Source: a virus
Virus record (IMG/VR): IMGVR_UViG_3300028133_000003
Location: 4,219-68,218 of that record
DNA: 64,000 nt
Direction: 5' to 3' (one strand)
Notes under the pieces: generated by a model
Database searches by the model: none
The model's input: only the letters and a program-made list of their open reading frames with translations
Told to the model about the DNA's origin: nothing
Program-made: the position numbers and the translations under genes
Shown here: positions 19,601 to 31,000 of the stretch, piece after piece
Position numbering within the stretch: the first letter of the stretch is position 1
Layout: each line of letters begins with the position of its first letter

Positions 19601-21255
19601 TATTTGTTAGAATCTAATAATGAAGTTTCTGGATAAGTTGTTATATTATTTACCTCTGTTGGATACTCTATATAATTAATTTTGAAATTAAGCCTGTTAA
19701 ATCTACTACCGCTAAATCTTGATTGAACATATACAGTATCATTATTATAAGAAGCCTCAAAGAATCTTTTTTCTATAGGTATTCCTTCATTAATTGCAGA
19801 AGTTAACGCTTTTGCTATTTCTTGGACAGTTCCGTTAGGGCAAAAGAACTGAAAGGTGTTTGATCCTGGTATAGGTGCCTCTATATTTGTAGCAGCTACT
19901 TCACCTACTAAATCAAAACCATCATAAAAAGTAATTTTTAAACCATTAGTTAATTCATTATTGATTTTAAATGAACTTATTGCTTTACCCTTTCTTTCTA
20001 TTATGCTTGCATTTGTAAATGTATCAGGTTCTTTAAAGCCAGTAAGAGTTGATATGTCAATTTTAGTATCAAAAAGTCTTATTTGGTTATTACCCCAAAT
20101 AGAACCTTTCTTAACAGTATGAAAATTGTTATTTTTATCTTTAACATAAAAAATAGACTCCACTTCATTTACTCTACTTGGCGTAGGTACTCCTGTGATA
20201 GCTGTTGTTTTTGCAGGATCAAGATACAATAAAACTCCACTAGTGTTAGTAATTTCAAAAGGTTTGTTTAATTGCTCAGATACTTCATTAATAGTAGTAA
20301 TGTTAGGCAATTGAGTTTTTTCGGTGTTTCTATAAAACCCTTCCCCTGATATATCAAATAAACCTTCCTCGACTTCATTTACGTATAAACCAAAATATCT
20401 ATTAATTGAATAAGGATCCGCACCTTCATCAGTAAATAAAAATTCCATATTAATTAAATTTGCTAATAGCACGTTATTACGCTGAAACCCTTCAGTAAAA
20501 AAGAATTCGTTTTCTATTATAGTGGCATCTTTAGCTATTATGTCATCATATGAAAAACTTCCTGATTGTGTAAAACCCCCTTTACGATAATTAATACCAT
20601 TCCATTGAATAGGTTCATCTCTCCTCCATGAAATATTAAGTGGGACCTCAGGAAATGATTCTTGGTTTCTATAATTTCTAATATAGGAACCTAGCAAGCT
20701 ATTATCAGTTAAATCAAAAGTTTTAATTGCAGTACAGTTTTCCAAAACATTTTTAGAAAATGCTTGTGAAGTTTGTGCATCTAGGTAATTTTCATTCTGT
20801 AATGTTTCATTTATATTATTTACAGCAGCAGGATTATCTATTCTAAATATAACAAAGTTACTTGGCATTTGTTCGTTTAGCCAAAGCGGTGCCAACATAC
20901 CTAGTTCTTCTGAATATGCGTTTGATGCAATTGATCTGGTACCTGCAGAGTAAAACATTTCAAACTGGTTTTGGTACTGTGAAAGGACAGAAACATCTTG
21001 GAATTCTTGAAAAACTTCATATGCCAGTTTTGGTGGGAACCTACCTCCTTGGAAAAATTTCCAAACGTCTCTATCATAGGTATCTTCCCCACTTATTTTA
21101 AATGCTTTAAATGTAGAAGAAGATAGCTCAGTATTTGCACTAAATGATTCTAGGTATAAATCTAAACCATTACTAACAAGTTTAACATTACCTGTTAATT
21201 TAGGGTTAGTCCTAACTATACTATAAGAAGCTTTATCGAAAAGTTTTTCGGTCAT
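16621..21255 (-). CDS. Large putative virion (baseplate/tail) protein, 1544 aa
   Basis: Long ORF in the structural module, with a GAATAAATA box at 21273..21281. Confidence 0.5.
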   Translation of the reverse strand: MTEKLFDKASYSIVRTNPKLTGNVKLVSNGLDLYLESFSANTELSSSTFKAFKISGEDTYDRDVWKFFQGGRFPPKLAYEVFQEFQDVSVLSQYQNQFEMFYSAGTRSIASNAYSEELGMLAPLWLNEQMPSNFVIFRIDNPAAVNNINETLQNENYLDAQTSQAFSKNVLENCTAIKTFDLTDNSLLGSYIRNYRNQESFPEVPLNISWRRDEPIQWNGINYRKGGFTQSGSFSYDDIIAKDATIIENEFFFTEGFQRNNVLLANLINMEFLFTDEGADPYSINRYFGLYVNEVEEGLFDISGEGFYRNTEKTQLPNITTINEVSEQLNKPFEITNTSGVLLYLDPAKTTAITGVPTPSRVNEVESIFYVKDKNNNFHTVKKGSIWGNNQIRLFDTKIDISTLTGFKEPDTFTNASIIERKGKAISSFKINNELTNGLKITFYDGFDLVGEVAATNIEAPIPGSNTFQFFCPNGTVQEIAKALTSAINEGIPIEKRFFEASYNNDTVYVQSRFSGSRFNRLNFKINYIEYPTEVNNITTYPETSLLDSNKYFVGGNDVTNSLLKVANGDQDRFIPGNYVQSNDGWATIGDWVPYLESPIINGTGDIIGYNEIDEYVIITLNDNQITVTNSGQVALYSDYRPSFGRFSIFPVRDFDYDFYSTMYSRLGELNYEVDHYNQEIDGEYVNVSANPDIRRFYDDGGFSELIGLLKNADPDVDFDTFIESEYDRLEENYLKQQAVASRVIPYINKWSWINDGKNVRNLPYSLNVNESFGTNNFAPSKWTIGQDATGFTHEWYYLSEFPYYFNNEAIKSSWSYIDKAPTDTIESNPITGTVYTPGTFQDINKDYFNDYFIVDKFTTGGIINLIDRQLRYGRFSGGDEKNFAEAFLRGVRIVAKPKADIATKPNFNARSLKYVNDGRFNDYRFSTILVPNAPNKPETEIKFIKNDKWKTVVMMVFLTLDNECINDGNQSIDRTTLYSYESDYKVHTQSFNSCEPIQSEVTGEEGNYFYKEGIVQGAISFVGTSFNPTVNAYLVQGINDVNGNNPRFLRDITIGSNGNFNPVSFEINNVVYEIGGIVRVVSNNQFFAKTITANGVPFVPGGSVPSIIDLQAADYFTVNGGFNTYTSRLSDVGFATILKNVNQGAPDIIYETIDKEGNRVLDSDGNMAQTFSIELRAQEDILKSVYIGRLPDPAKPTVFNLTDIIGYDLSLQTKPRVTPIGRHAGYYKPTALDIFYFRDPYIGIDFDNVTGSTGGSITDELYKFKVMELCRYSNTQFNSSDVDNFGIIKNLFYHKVNEEDPSTVLELSRDSAFLSLYPLINEVGIASRDFYTFSSNWEPAYFRKSIDKSLIESIIGTKAMTERKSFFGSKYLKVPEQIELETFLYSPEFIKDAIKQPSLIDGTFMKTENKTSIKFYLFIQKRLIEFLFEPIKEQFKKYIKPEFSFGDIKTLDDDVERYIKQNILQLYKVSNVDFYVNATRQRALNNFNTASLTNSEKLSSGLSINDAIGSKLLNTNQFDLGLIYNKRSGFTESFGFSITIIKK

Positions 21256-21317
21256 TTAATTTTCACTTTTTTTATTTATTCACCAAACGGTTAGTGAAAA
21301 TTAAAAATCAACAGTTA

Positions 21318-24300
21318 TCAAAGTACATTACCGTTAAAATTGTTGTCTTCGGTGAAAATGCCTTTAAACACACCTCGGTTAGACCCTGTTCCTCCGCCGC
21401 CTCTTACAATATCATTTACCCTGGTTGATGTAACCGAAGGGCTAAGCTTTGTTAGAACTTTTTCAAGATCATTAAGACTTTTTGTAACCGTCTTACTAGG
21501 TATTACATCTATATTCAGATTGTTAGTTCTATATTTTGCAAAAACTTCAATATCATATTGAAAAGGGTCAGCATTATTAGGCCATATATCAAATCCAATT
21601 TTTTTAGAATATGTTATATTTGTAGTTGCTCCACTGTTATCACCACCAATATTTCCTATACCACCATCAGCTCCACTTCCGGCCCCAAAATAATCAGTCA
21701 TCCTATATTGAAATACCATAGGAACATTAATCGAATTCTGTTGACCAAACTGTACTACGGTAGCCGATTGAGAAGAATCTCCGCCTACTTGAATACTTTG
21801 ATGATCATCAGTAGACATAAACAAATAAGATCCACAGCTTTCTTTACCTAGGGTATATTGGTCAAAAGTTTCAAAAGAATTTTTTACATTTCTACTATAT
21901 CCTGCGCCATCATTAACTACATTAGGATCTGCTGCGTCACTTAAAGGTGCAATTGCAGATATAGTAGGGCTAACTTGTAAAGTTTGACCAGTTGTAAAAG
22001 TTTGACCTGCAAATGTACCACTTATAGCTAACTCTCTTAACTGTATAGCGTTTTCATTTAAATAAATTGCTTGTTGTTTACCTAATAATTCAGTTGATGA
22101 TAAAGGGGAAAATTTAGATTGTCTAAACAAAATATTTGCAGTACCGTTTCCTGCCGTTGTGCAATCTATGTTACCGGATAAACCGTTTGGTAGCGTAGCA
22201 GTATCACCAGTCATTGATTCATAGGCTGATTTAAATGCAGCGTAGCTTCTAACCCACGGGTGAGTGATTTGAACTTCTAATGTATTATCCCCAAGTGATA
22301 ATGTATAATTACCTGCGGTAGTAGGATTACCAGATCCATCAAAACCTCCACCCCAAATAAATTCACCAGGATTAGAACTGGCAGTATCAGCATCTCTCCC
22401 ATAGAAATTCTCACAGGTATCTAAATTAAATGTATATTCATCTATAGGATTTATATAGCTATAAAAATTGTTCTCAGAAGAAACATCACTAAATCTACTA
22501 CTAATGTATTGGTTTTTATTTTGTGTTGATTGAAATGGTGCTAACGAAGTAACTTGGCCAAAATTATCCCTAGCATTAATAGTAGGATTAGTTAAAAGCA
22601 AAGGTGTTAAATCATATTTTCTTGTTGTATTATAATCAGCATCATCTGCCGTATATGTAGGTCTACTATTACTCTGATTTGTTGCGCTGTTATCTAGCCA
22701 TGAATATGTAGCAGGCAGTATAGTAGTACCGTTCAATGCCTCAGCAATAGCATATCCAGGATTCTCTGATTGTTTAACCATTCTTTCTCTATTACCGGCT
22801 ATCCTTGATACTAATCTTAATCCAGACTGTTCACTGTTTGCTAAGTTTATAAAGAATGTTTTAGATATAATAGCACCTCTAGGATCATCAAGATTAGTTA
22901 CTTCACTAGAATAAAAACCAGCAAATATTTTTGTAACCGAGTTTCTTTTTAGGTTAGTGACATTACCTTGATCATCTATTATTGTTACAACCAATTCTCC
23001 TTTAGCATTTGCAAGTATTTCAGCAAATAAATCTAATTGATTCTGCATCTGTGTTAACTTTGTAAACAAATCAATAGGTGTTTGATTTTCTGATAAAAAT
23101 CCTGATGCAATTACTGGACTAGAATGAGCAAAATAAGTTTCGTTTGCAGTAAAAGAACTACTTAGATGTTGTTGAACACCTAACTCGTTTAAATCCTCTT
23201 CTAGCGCAACCTTTGCTATGTCTTGTTGGTTTTGATTAATTATAGCTTCAGTAGCATTATCAGAACTAAGATCCGGTGGGAATGGTATTATGATAGCATC
23301 AGACCAATCACTTTCTAATGGATTACTTGGCCACCCAGCTTCACTAATAGATTTTACCTGAACCTCAACTTGCTCACCTTTTCTTAAAGGTACATCTAAT
23401 TGATTAATATTAACAGCGTCAGCATTATCAGTATTTATTGCAACCCACTCATATACACCAGTTAGTGGATTTTTTAATCTAGGTCTTAATGTACTTTCTA
23501 CAATATTATAATTTGAAAACGCCCCTTGGCTTTCACCACTACCATCAGTAAATTTAAATTGATCAACTGGGTTAGCAGCACCATCATTTGATAGATATCG
23601 GTATCTAACTTTAAATTTAACAATTGATTGAGCTCCCGTTGCTGGCGTTGACTTTTCTTTAGGCATCGCCCAAAACCCTCTTGCTCTATATTTAGGAGTT
23701 ATACTAGAAACTGAGTTATCTTTAGCTTTTGCATCTATTTCTTTAACAACCGATGCATATAATTCTGCCTGTGATGACCTTTCTGTAATCAATCCTTGTA
23801 AAGAGTTAATGTCAGCATCTCTCTCAACTTCGGTTTGATAATTAGTGGTTTGTATTTTTGTTCTACTTTGAATTATTGCTCCATCTAATTCCTTTAATGT
23901 AGCTTCAATAGTATTCTTTTGATTATTTAAATCGGTTAATTCTACAATTGATGGCGACTTACTAACTTGTGCATTAATAACTTTAACACCAAAATCACCA
24001 TCATTTAATACTGGTGCATCAGGAGTAACACCTTCTCTGGTAGTAGGTATCTTATCATCAGCAAAAGAAAGTAGCATTGCCCCAAAATCAATAGCACTTT
24101 GCTGGTAATATTCAGCTAATGTCTGTTCGGTTCCTGCTTCATTTACAGTTGTTAATGTATTTGTATAAAATGCACTACCTGGTGACCAATTCACTGAAGG
24201 TATTTTAGAATCTGGATCTATAGGTTTAACAAAGGTAACACATCTTTCATTAAATCCTACCGTTACATCAACTTGTACATTATCCTCTAGTGAAGAAGAA

Positions 24301-25223
24301 ATCTTTAATACATCAGCGCCTATTCGTATTGGATCTGAACCTTCTACTAATTCTAAGACAACTGAGTTAGTACTTGAATCAACCTTAATGATTCTATATT
24401 TAGTATTAATAGATTCTGAAATAACCTCTAAGCTATCACCTACCGCAAGCTGTATAGTGTCATCAAAATCAGCCTCTGAGTCAGTATAAAATAACTTATT
24501 TAGTTTATATTGTTTTCTTTGTGAAGTAACGTTAACACCGTTTATCTCCTCAGTAACCGTAGCATCTGATATTCTAAGTATACTAAAATCACCAGTATAT
24601 CTTTTTACTCTAGGTGGTAGATCAACTACAGCTTCATCTAATACATATGAAATATTTCTTTCAACGATTTGCTGTAGAAAATCATCATAGTTTATATCAG
24701 ATCGCCCAAGGTAATTATTGTTAAAAAAGTTTACCTTAGTTTGTGTATTGGTATTTAAAATAAATCTTTGGATAATAGAACGCTCAGTATCAATTGGTAC
24801 CTGCCCTGTTAAGTCAAATGAAATATAAAGTAATGGATTAATTAATTCTTCAAAAAACCAATTAGGCTTTATGTTAAAGTTTTCAACGGTATTAATAGAA
24901 TTTAAATCCTGTGCTTCTGTTGGTAATTTTGAAAGAACTAATTTTCTAAATGTACCATCGGATAATCTGATTGAACTGTTTGAACCATTTATATTGGTAA
25001 TGGTATCAATATTATTCTGTAGCCTATCTACCGAATTCTTTAAAAAACCAAAACTAGGAATGGTTACTCTTGAATTGGTACCATCATTATTCTGAATGTT
25101 TACTGTAACTGATTCATTACTAGAAGTTATGGCCTGATTAACTTTCTCAAAACTTTCTAATGAATTATTAAAAAGTCTAAGAAGCTCCGGAAGCATTGTC
25201 GATATTGAATTGTTTTCAGCCAT
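21318..25223 (-). CDS. Large putative virion protein, 1301 aa, with coiled-coil and Fn3-like segments
   Basis: Long ORF; EVQVKSISEAGW..ESDWS Fn3-like motif; structural context. Confidence 0.5.
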   Translation of the reverse strand: MAENNSISTMLPELLRLFNNSLESFEKVNQAITSSNESVTVNIQNNDGTNSRVTIPSFGFLKNSVDRLQNNIDTITNINGSNSSIRLSDGTFRKLVLSKLPTEAQDLNSINTVENFNIKPNWFFEELINPLLYISFDLTGQVPIDTERSIIQRFILNTNTQTKVNFFNNNYLGRSDINYDDFLQQIVERNISYVLDEAVVDLPPRVKRYTGDFSILRISDATVTEEINGVNVTSQRKQYKLNKLFYTDSEADFDDTIQLAVGDSLEVISESINTKYRIIKVDSSTNSVVLELVEGSDPIRIGADVLKISSSLEDNVQVDVTVGFNERCVTFVKPIDPDSKIPSVNWSPGSAFYTNTLTTVNEAGTEQTLAEYYQQSAIDFGAMLLSFADDKIPTTREGVTPDAPVLNDGDFGVKVINAQVSKSPSIVELTDLNNQKNTIEATLKELDGAIIQSRTKIQTTNYQTEVERDADINSLQGLITERSSQAELYASVVKEIDAKAKDNSVSSITPKYRARGFWAMPKEKSTPATGAQSIVKFKVRYRYLSNDGAANPVDQFKFTDGSGESQGAFSNYNIVESTLRPRLKNPLTGVYEWVAINTDNADAVNINQLDVPLRKGEQVEVQVKSISEAGWPSNPLESDWSDAIIIPFPPDLSSDNATEAIINQNQQDIAKVALEEDLNELGVQQHLSSSFTANETYFAHSSPVIASGFLSENQTPIDLFTKLTQMQNQLDLFAEILANAKGELVVTIIDDQGNVTNLKRNSVTKIFAGFYSSEVTNLDDPRGAIISKTFFINLANSEQSGLRLVSRIAGNRERMVKQSENPGYAIAEALNGTTILPATYSWLDNSATNQSNSRPTYTADDADYNTTRKYDLTPLLLTNPTINARDNFGQVTSLAPFQSTQNKNQYISSRFSDVSSENNFYSYINPIDEYTFNLDTCENFYGRDADTASSNPGEFIWGGGFDGSGNPTTAGNYTLSLGDNTLEVQITHPWVRSYAAFKSAYESMTGDTATLPNGLSGNIDCTTAGNGTANILFRQSKFSPLSSTELLGKQQAIYLNENAIQLRELAISGTFAGQTFTTGQTLQVSPTISAIAPLSDAADPNVVNDGAGYSRNVKNSFETFDQYTLGKESCGSYLFMSTDDHQSIQVGGDSSQSATVVQFGQQNSINVPMVFQYRMTDYFGAGSGADGGIGNIGGDNSGATTNITYSKKIGFDIWPNNADPFQYDIEVFAKYRTNNLNIDVIPSKTVTKSLNDLEKVLTKLSPSVTSTRVNDIVRGGGGTGSNRGVFKGIFTEDNNFNGNVL

Positions 25224-25248
25224 TTATTTTTATTCTTTCTTTTATTAT

Positions 25249-27378
25249 TTATTTAATCACGTCATACACAAAATCTAAAATACCTTCTTGTGTACATATA
25301 AATTCTATAATCGGTTTTTCTGAAATATCAGCATTAGTTATTACTCCCATTGATTGACCAAATAAACCATTATTTAATCTACCTGGTGCATCGGTCCATA
25401 CCCTAATATTTCTTGAACCTATATTCAGATTATTATTAAAGGTTAGTCTTAGTGTTTGTCCAGTTTTCCATTGTATAGTAGTATCATCTATATAAATATT
25501 TAAATCTCCACCTGCTTCATTGACAGTATCTAATCTTAACATGTTTGTGTAAGTTTGTAATTCTGTAAATACTTGAGGTACTGCCTGGTTTAAATTTAAT
25601 GGGTTAGTAGAATTAATTACAACCTCACTACTATTAAAAGGTATCATAAAATTATATTCCTGTGTAGCTAATGACACAGTAATAACATTAGGTACATTAG
25701 TATCTACTGTAATTCCAGTACCTTGTCTAACTACATCAGTATTATATTGTAAGGTAACAGGTACGTTCCCGTTTGCTAAACCTTGTATTTCATCTGAGTT
25801 TTTAGCAATTAGATCTAATAAAACTGTATCATTTGCAAAAGCTAAATTTGCATTATCTAATTGATCCTGTACACTTGTGATCTGAGCTTGTAATGAAGTT
25901 ACATCAGCTACATTAGTAATTTGGTTTTCTAAGTTTTGGACCTTTTGGTCTAAGCTAGAAATTTCTAATTGTTGTGTTTGGAATATTTTAGCTGATTCCT
26001 GTAGCTGTGCAGTCGCTTCACTGAAGAGCTGCATTGAAAATGTATTATAGTCATTAACGATTGTGTCGATGCCGGCCGTTCCTGGTGAAGCATCAAATCG
26101 TAAATTAATTTTAAATCCATAACTGTTTCCATTTTGCCCTGTGACTTTATTAGGTTTATATTTAGGGTATCTTTGAATGTAACCACCGTCTGTTGTTGGA
26201 GTAATATTATCTACTAATAATATTCCATAAAGGTTTGTTACAGTATTAGAGGTATTGCTTGTATCAACTAAATCATAATAAACTAATACTGCATTAAATT
26301 CAAATGTACTTGCCAAATCAGTTCCATTAAACTGAGGGATTGTAGATATAGTAGGATCTGTTATAATCTGTTCATAATCATTAGCATTAAAATCAACCGA
26401 AATACCATCCAACTGCGATCTAACATAAGCAGAGCCAGTAAAACCAGCAGGACTTCCATAATCAGCAGGATATTTTCTAATGTTTATACTTTCTGGGTTA
26501 GTAAATGTATTAGGTTCAGTAAAATAAGAATCTGTTGTAGTAGGAGGCGTTGGCTCATTCATCCAATTCGCATTAGGATCAGTATACCCTGCAGGCCCTG
26601 CACCTTGTAAAACCTGATCATAATCATAAAATGCCTTAAAGTCTAAACCTTGTGGGTGAACCGTTGATGCGTTTCTTCCGAGTATAAATTCAGAGTTAGG
26701 CCCGGTGCCTTGTATCTTTAAGCTTGGCTGATAATTATTATCTGAAATAGCATCAAACAAAATAGTTGGAGTACCACCTACTTCAGTTGGTACATTAATA
26801 TAAAGTTCTGTATATGCTTCACCTGCTTTATCTACATTATTTACAATATCAATATCGCCTACATATTTTACAACTCTGTTATATTGTTGTGTTGCTGTAT
26901 TAATAGAATCTTCTTCAACGAATAGTGGCTTAGCTACACCTGGATTTTTTTCTAATGCAGTTGCTTCACGAAACCTCATTGCACCAGTCTCTTTCATCCA
27001 TTTAAAAAATACTCTTTCTGCAACTGACCTTTGTATTGTGTTATCATAAGAGGCATCACTAATAATCATCTCCTCTATATTCAGCGCGTAATTCTGAAGA
27101 CTTTCGGTAAAGTTAACATTAGGATCTCCTTTTAAACCTCCACTGGCAATCATACCATCAATAGTATCAAATTGCATATAATTAGGTTCAGTGAGTGTAC
27201 CTGTAGTATTAGGATCTAATTTATCAAAGTCTGGTATATTTAAAAGCACAAACTTAGAAAAGACCAACTTAAGCTCATCATTGTTAAGGGTCTTTGATAG
27301 ATCTCTCGCAGAGGAAGAGAAGGTATAAAATGTACCTCCATCCGCTTGCGGTGTTTTAATTAAAGGCGTAGTTGCCAT
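25249..27378 (-). CDS. Putative virion structural protein, 709 aa
   Basis: Long ORF with a central coiled coil; structural context. Confidence 0.5.
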   Translation of the reverse strand: MATTPLIKTPQADGGTFYTFSSSARDLSKTLNNDELKLVFSKFVLLNIPDFDKLDPNTTGTLTEPNYMQFDTIDGMIASGGLKGDPNVNFTESLQNYALNIEEMIISDASYDNTIQRSVAERVFFKWMKETGAMRFREATALEKNPGVAKPLFVEEDSINTATQQYNRVVKYVGDIDIVNNVDKAGEAYTELYINVPTEVGGTPTILFDAISDNNYQPSLKIQGTGPNSEFILGRNASTVHPQGLDFKAFYDYDQVLQGAGPAGYTDPNANWMNEPTPPTTTDSYFTEPNTFTNPESINIRKYPADYGSPAGFTGSAYVRSQLDGISVDFNANDYEQIITDPTISTIPQFNGTDLASTFEFNAVLVYYDLVDTSNTSNTVTNLYGILLVDNITPTTDGGYIQRYPKYKPNKVTGQNGNSYGFKINLRFDASPGTAGIDTIVNDYNTFSMQLFSEATAQLQESAKIFQTQQLEISSLDQKVQNLENQITNVADVTSLQAQITSVQDQLDNANLAFANDTVLLDLIAKNSDEIQGLANGNVPVTLQYNTDVVRQGTGITVDTNVPNVITVSLATQEYNFMIPFNSSEVVINSTNPLNLNQAVPQVFTELQTYTNMLRLDTVNEAGGDLNIYIDDTTIQWKTGQTLRLTFNNNLNIGSRNIRVWTDAPGRLNNGLFGQSMGVITNADISEKPIIEFICTQEGILDFVYDVIK

Positions 27379-27396
27379 GTATCTTATTTCTTTTTA

Positions 27397-28035
27397 TTAA
27401 ACTATTGAATATCCAGTTCCACCTACTAAGAACCAAACACCATTTCCTAATCCATCATTAACACACAGTAAGTGAGCAGTCTGCCCTTGCGCATTTAACT
27501 CAATACTAGTACCACCTGGTAATACTAACGGAGTAACTGCACCGGATATACTTATAACACCAGTTTGTGCCTCAGAATAAACAAAGAATATTTCTTGACC
27601 TATTGAACCATCATTTAGTTGAATAGTTACTGGAGTGACGGTACTATTTCCAACCCTTTCCACTGTGTATGGTGGTATCGCTGTACTTGTACCAACTGTA
27701 ATTACTCCAGCTGTTGCAAAAACATCATCCAATGTTTGTGGGTCTATATCATTCCTAAATAAACCTCCGTTATTTAAACTTAGGTTTCCGCTCATTTCTA
27801 CATTAGTTAAAATATCAAATGTAGATGCATTAATGTCTAATAAGACTGTACTTAACCCTACTCTTAATGATTCTGTTTTTAAATCGTTAAGATTAGTGAT
27901 AGTACCAGCAGTAGGATTGATGTAAACCTCCATTGCATTAATTTCACTTGTCAAGATATTGAAGTTATCATTCAATACTAGTCTGGATCCTGATAAAGAA
28001 TCTGTTCCAAGAATTTCTGTTACGCTAATTGCCAT
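27397..28035 (-). CDS. Putative baseplate/fibre-associated protein
   Basis: N-terminus EILGTDSLSGSRLVLNDNF is similar to that of 14031..16613. Confidence 0.5.
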   Translation of the reverse strand: MAISVTEILGTDSLSGSRLVLNDNFNILTSEINAMEVYINPTAGTITNLNDLKTESLRVGLSTVLLDINASTFDILTNVEMSGNLSLNNGGLFRNDIDPQTLDDVFATAGVITVGTSTAIPPYTVERVGNSTVTPVTIQLNDGSIGQEIFFVYSEAQTGVISISGAVTPLVLPGGTSIELNAQGQTAHLLCVNDGLGNGVWFLVGGTGYSIV

Positions 28036-28042
28036 TTCTTTT

Positions 28043-31000
28043 CTATTTTATTACTAGGATATTTCTTCCCTTTTTATATTTATTCCCATTCGTATCTGTA
28101 AGTTCAAGTGTGATCTCGTATTTACCAGGCACCTTAAACAGATATGTTAAGTATTTACTCTCAAAATATATATCGGCCATGTTTGAGTTAGTTGTATTCT
28201 TAATAATCCATCTAGGCTCAGCCTTTCCTGGAATCTTACATTTATCATAAACAAACATTAACCAAGTCATTTTAGGTAATGTTTTTCCATTATTTATAAA
28301 CTTAGCTGTATTCCATGTTGCATTACTAGATTTACTTAAGCCTTTTCTATAAATTAAGCTAGGGCAATCATCACTGGTTGGCCACGGTGAACCTGTTCCA
28401 GTAGATGGACATACTCTATCGCCATTAGCATATACAATATCAATATATTTCCAATCGCCATGTACACCAAAATATCTACATACTGCTTGAATAAACTTTT
28501 GATTATATGTAGCATCATACACAACATTGTAAACATACTTGTTAATTATTCTATTTGTACTAACATTTAAACTAGCAGCAGCATCAGCTAATGTACTAAT
28601 GGTTGAATCAAAATAATGTTCTGCAGTAATACCATTTTCATCAATTATTTTTAGATAAGTATCTGGTGCAACTTCTTTAAACTGAAAGAATGCTGGAGTA
28701 TCACCGGTCGTACTAGTCATATCCCACCATAAATGATAAGTATCATTCCAACCGCCAACATCTAAATTATCCCATCTATAAGGTCCACTAAAACTAGCCT
28801 TACCATCATCCTGGTAATTTAATAGTTGAAAATCTGGAGAAGCACCTAATCCAAAATTATTAAGTATAGCATTAACTCTATCTAATGATTCATATAAACT
28901 TGGGGTCTCTTCATCCCATGTCATTACAGGTTCAATTGGTAAATTCCATAAAGATCCATAATCCTTCCATTTAAACTTACCCTCGCTTGACCATGTATAG
29001 TTTTCCTTTCTTGCTTGGTACCATCCTGAATATTCTACTTCTCTACTATCTACACAAATAAAATTAGTTTTAACATTAGACGAAATGTTATTAAATAGAT
29101 CGTATAGTTTCATTTCTACACTATATGTACCAACATACGGTAATATTATAGGTAATTTATTATACTGTGAGATTGGGCCTCTAAACACTTTAAAATATGC
29201 CGGTGAAATATCAGTTGCATCTTTATAAACCGTCCATTCTATTTCATCAAAATTACCTCTTTCAATTGCACCCCAAGTAAATAAAGTTTCACCAGGAAGT
29301 TGATTAAATAGTAATTGAGAATTAACTACAGATTCACAACCTACAACTAATCTATCCACATTTTGACCGAACAACCTAATAACAGCTCCGGTAACAACCG
29401 TCTCTTTAGTTATATCCCAAAATAGCCATGGGTCTGTAAATGATGTTTTTAATGCAATCAATTGATTATATAATGCATCTCTTACTTCAATATCAGTATC
29501 ACCAACCAAGGCAGTATATGTAGCTCCCGTATTACTAATTGGATCAGTGATGCTAAAAATATCACCAGGATTAACTCCTTGTGGATCAATGTCAAATGAA
29601 AAGAATTTATTTGCATCATCTAGTTGATTCCAAGTAGAGTCTATATTATTCCATGTAACATTAGAAAAAGAAGTATTTTCCAAAACTGTCATGGCACCTA
29701 CTGGTATACCCGGTTTATCTGGTAAATAATAAGATGACTCACCGTCAGGCCATGCACCAACTTTATTTTGGTTTGGGGCATATCTTGTAAAGTATGCTAA
29801 AAACGCATCACTTAGTCCTGCTATAGTAACATTAGATCCATCATAAGGGTAACCAAAGGGGCCATTAAGATCAGGTCCTATGGGTGATGGTGGAAAAATT
29901 GTACTGGCTGATATAGGCCCAGGGATTAAATTTCTACCTATTGCGTTAGCTGATGAAAGAGGAGCTATGTATGCGTTACAAAAATTTATTACAGCTTCAT
30001 CTACAATTGCTTCTGATGCTATACAAAATGATGTAAAGGATCGCAAGTCTTCCATGTATATACAATCATCAGTAGATAATTTAAAGCTTGCATCTATACC
30101 TGCAGTAATTTCCTTTTTGTCGTTTCTACTTAATGTATTAACAACTTCAAGTAATCCGAAAAAATCGGCTTCACCAGTAATATCTTTAATATGAGCGTTA
30201 AGTGGTAAAAATTCATTCTCTAGTTTTTTCTTTAAACCGAATAACTTAATAAGTATTTCTTCAATTGTAAAGTCATAATTCTCGGTAGTGATAGGTAAAT
30301 CTTCACTGTCAAATTTATCAGGTTCAATATTATTAATTCTATAAATTAAACTAAATAAACTAGTCTTTCTAAATTTCTTATTAGGTAAAGTTATTTTTTT
30401 ATCATTTAGCTGAACCGTTGGATCAAAAACATCGATGTTATTACTCTGAATGTATTTTCCAAACTGTGGAGAATTTGCATCAACATTTTTCCAAAACTCT
30501 CTTACCTTTAAAGTATCATAACCAAAAAATTTAATTGCATTTACTAAAGCCTTATATGAACCTATCCAAGGATATATGTTAGATCCTTCCAACATAATTT
30601 CCTTTCTCTTGATATTTACTTCAGCAAAATTAGGTAAAAGTTCTTTAATGTTTGTATCTCTAAATACACTACTATCAGATTCTAAAATATTATAACCCAT
30701 ATTCTGAGTCATAACCCTTAACCTTTCGTCTTCACCTAAAGTTTCACCCCAAACTAATATTCTAGCAATTACCTTATCAGTACAATCGTCTTTAATAAGT
30801 AAGGTTCTTTTAAATGTATTTTCTACTTCAGATCTTATCGCTAAATTAATTTGTAAAGCTTCAGATCTAATTTTATCTGTTACTGTATAACCTAAAGGAT
30901 CAACCGTTTCACTAGGATCTGAATCTAATGCAATATCTAATTCTGTTAAAATTTCTAAATCTGGTCCATCATCTTCTTGTACTAATGCACTTTGTGTACC

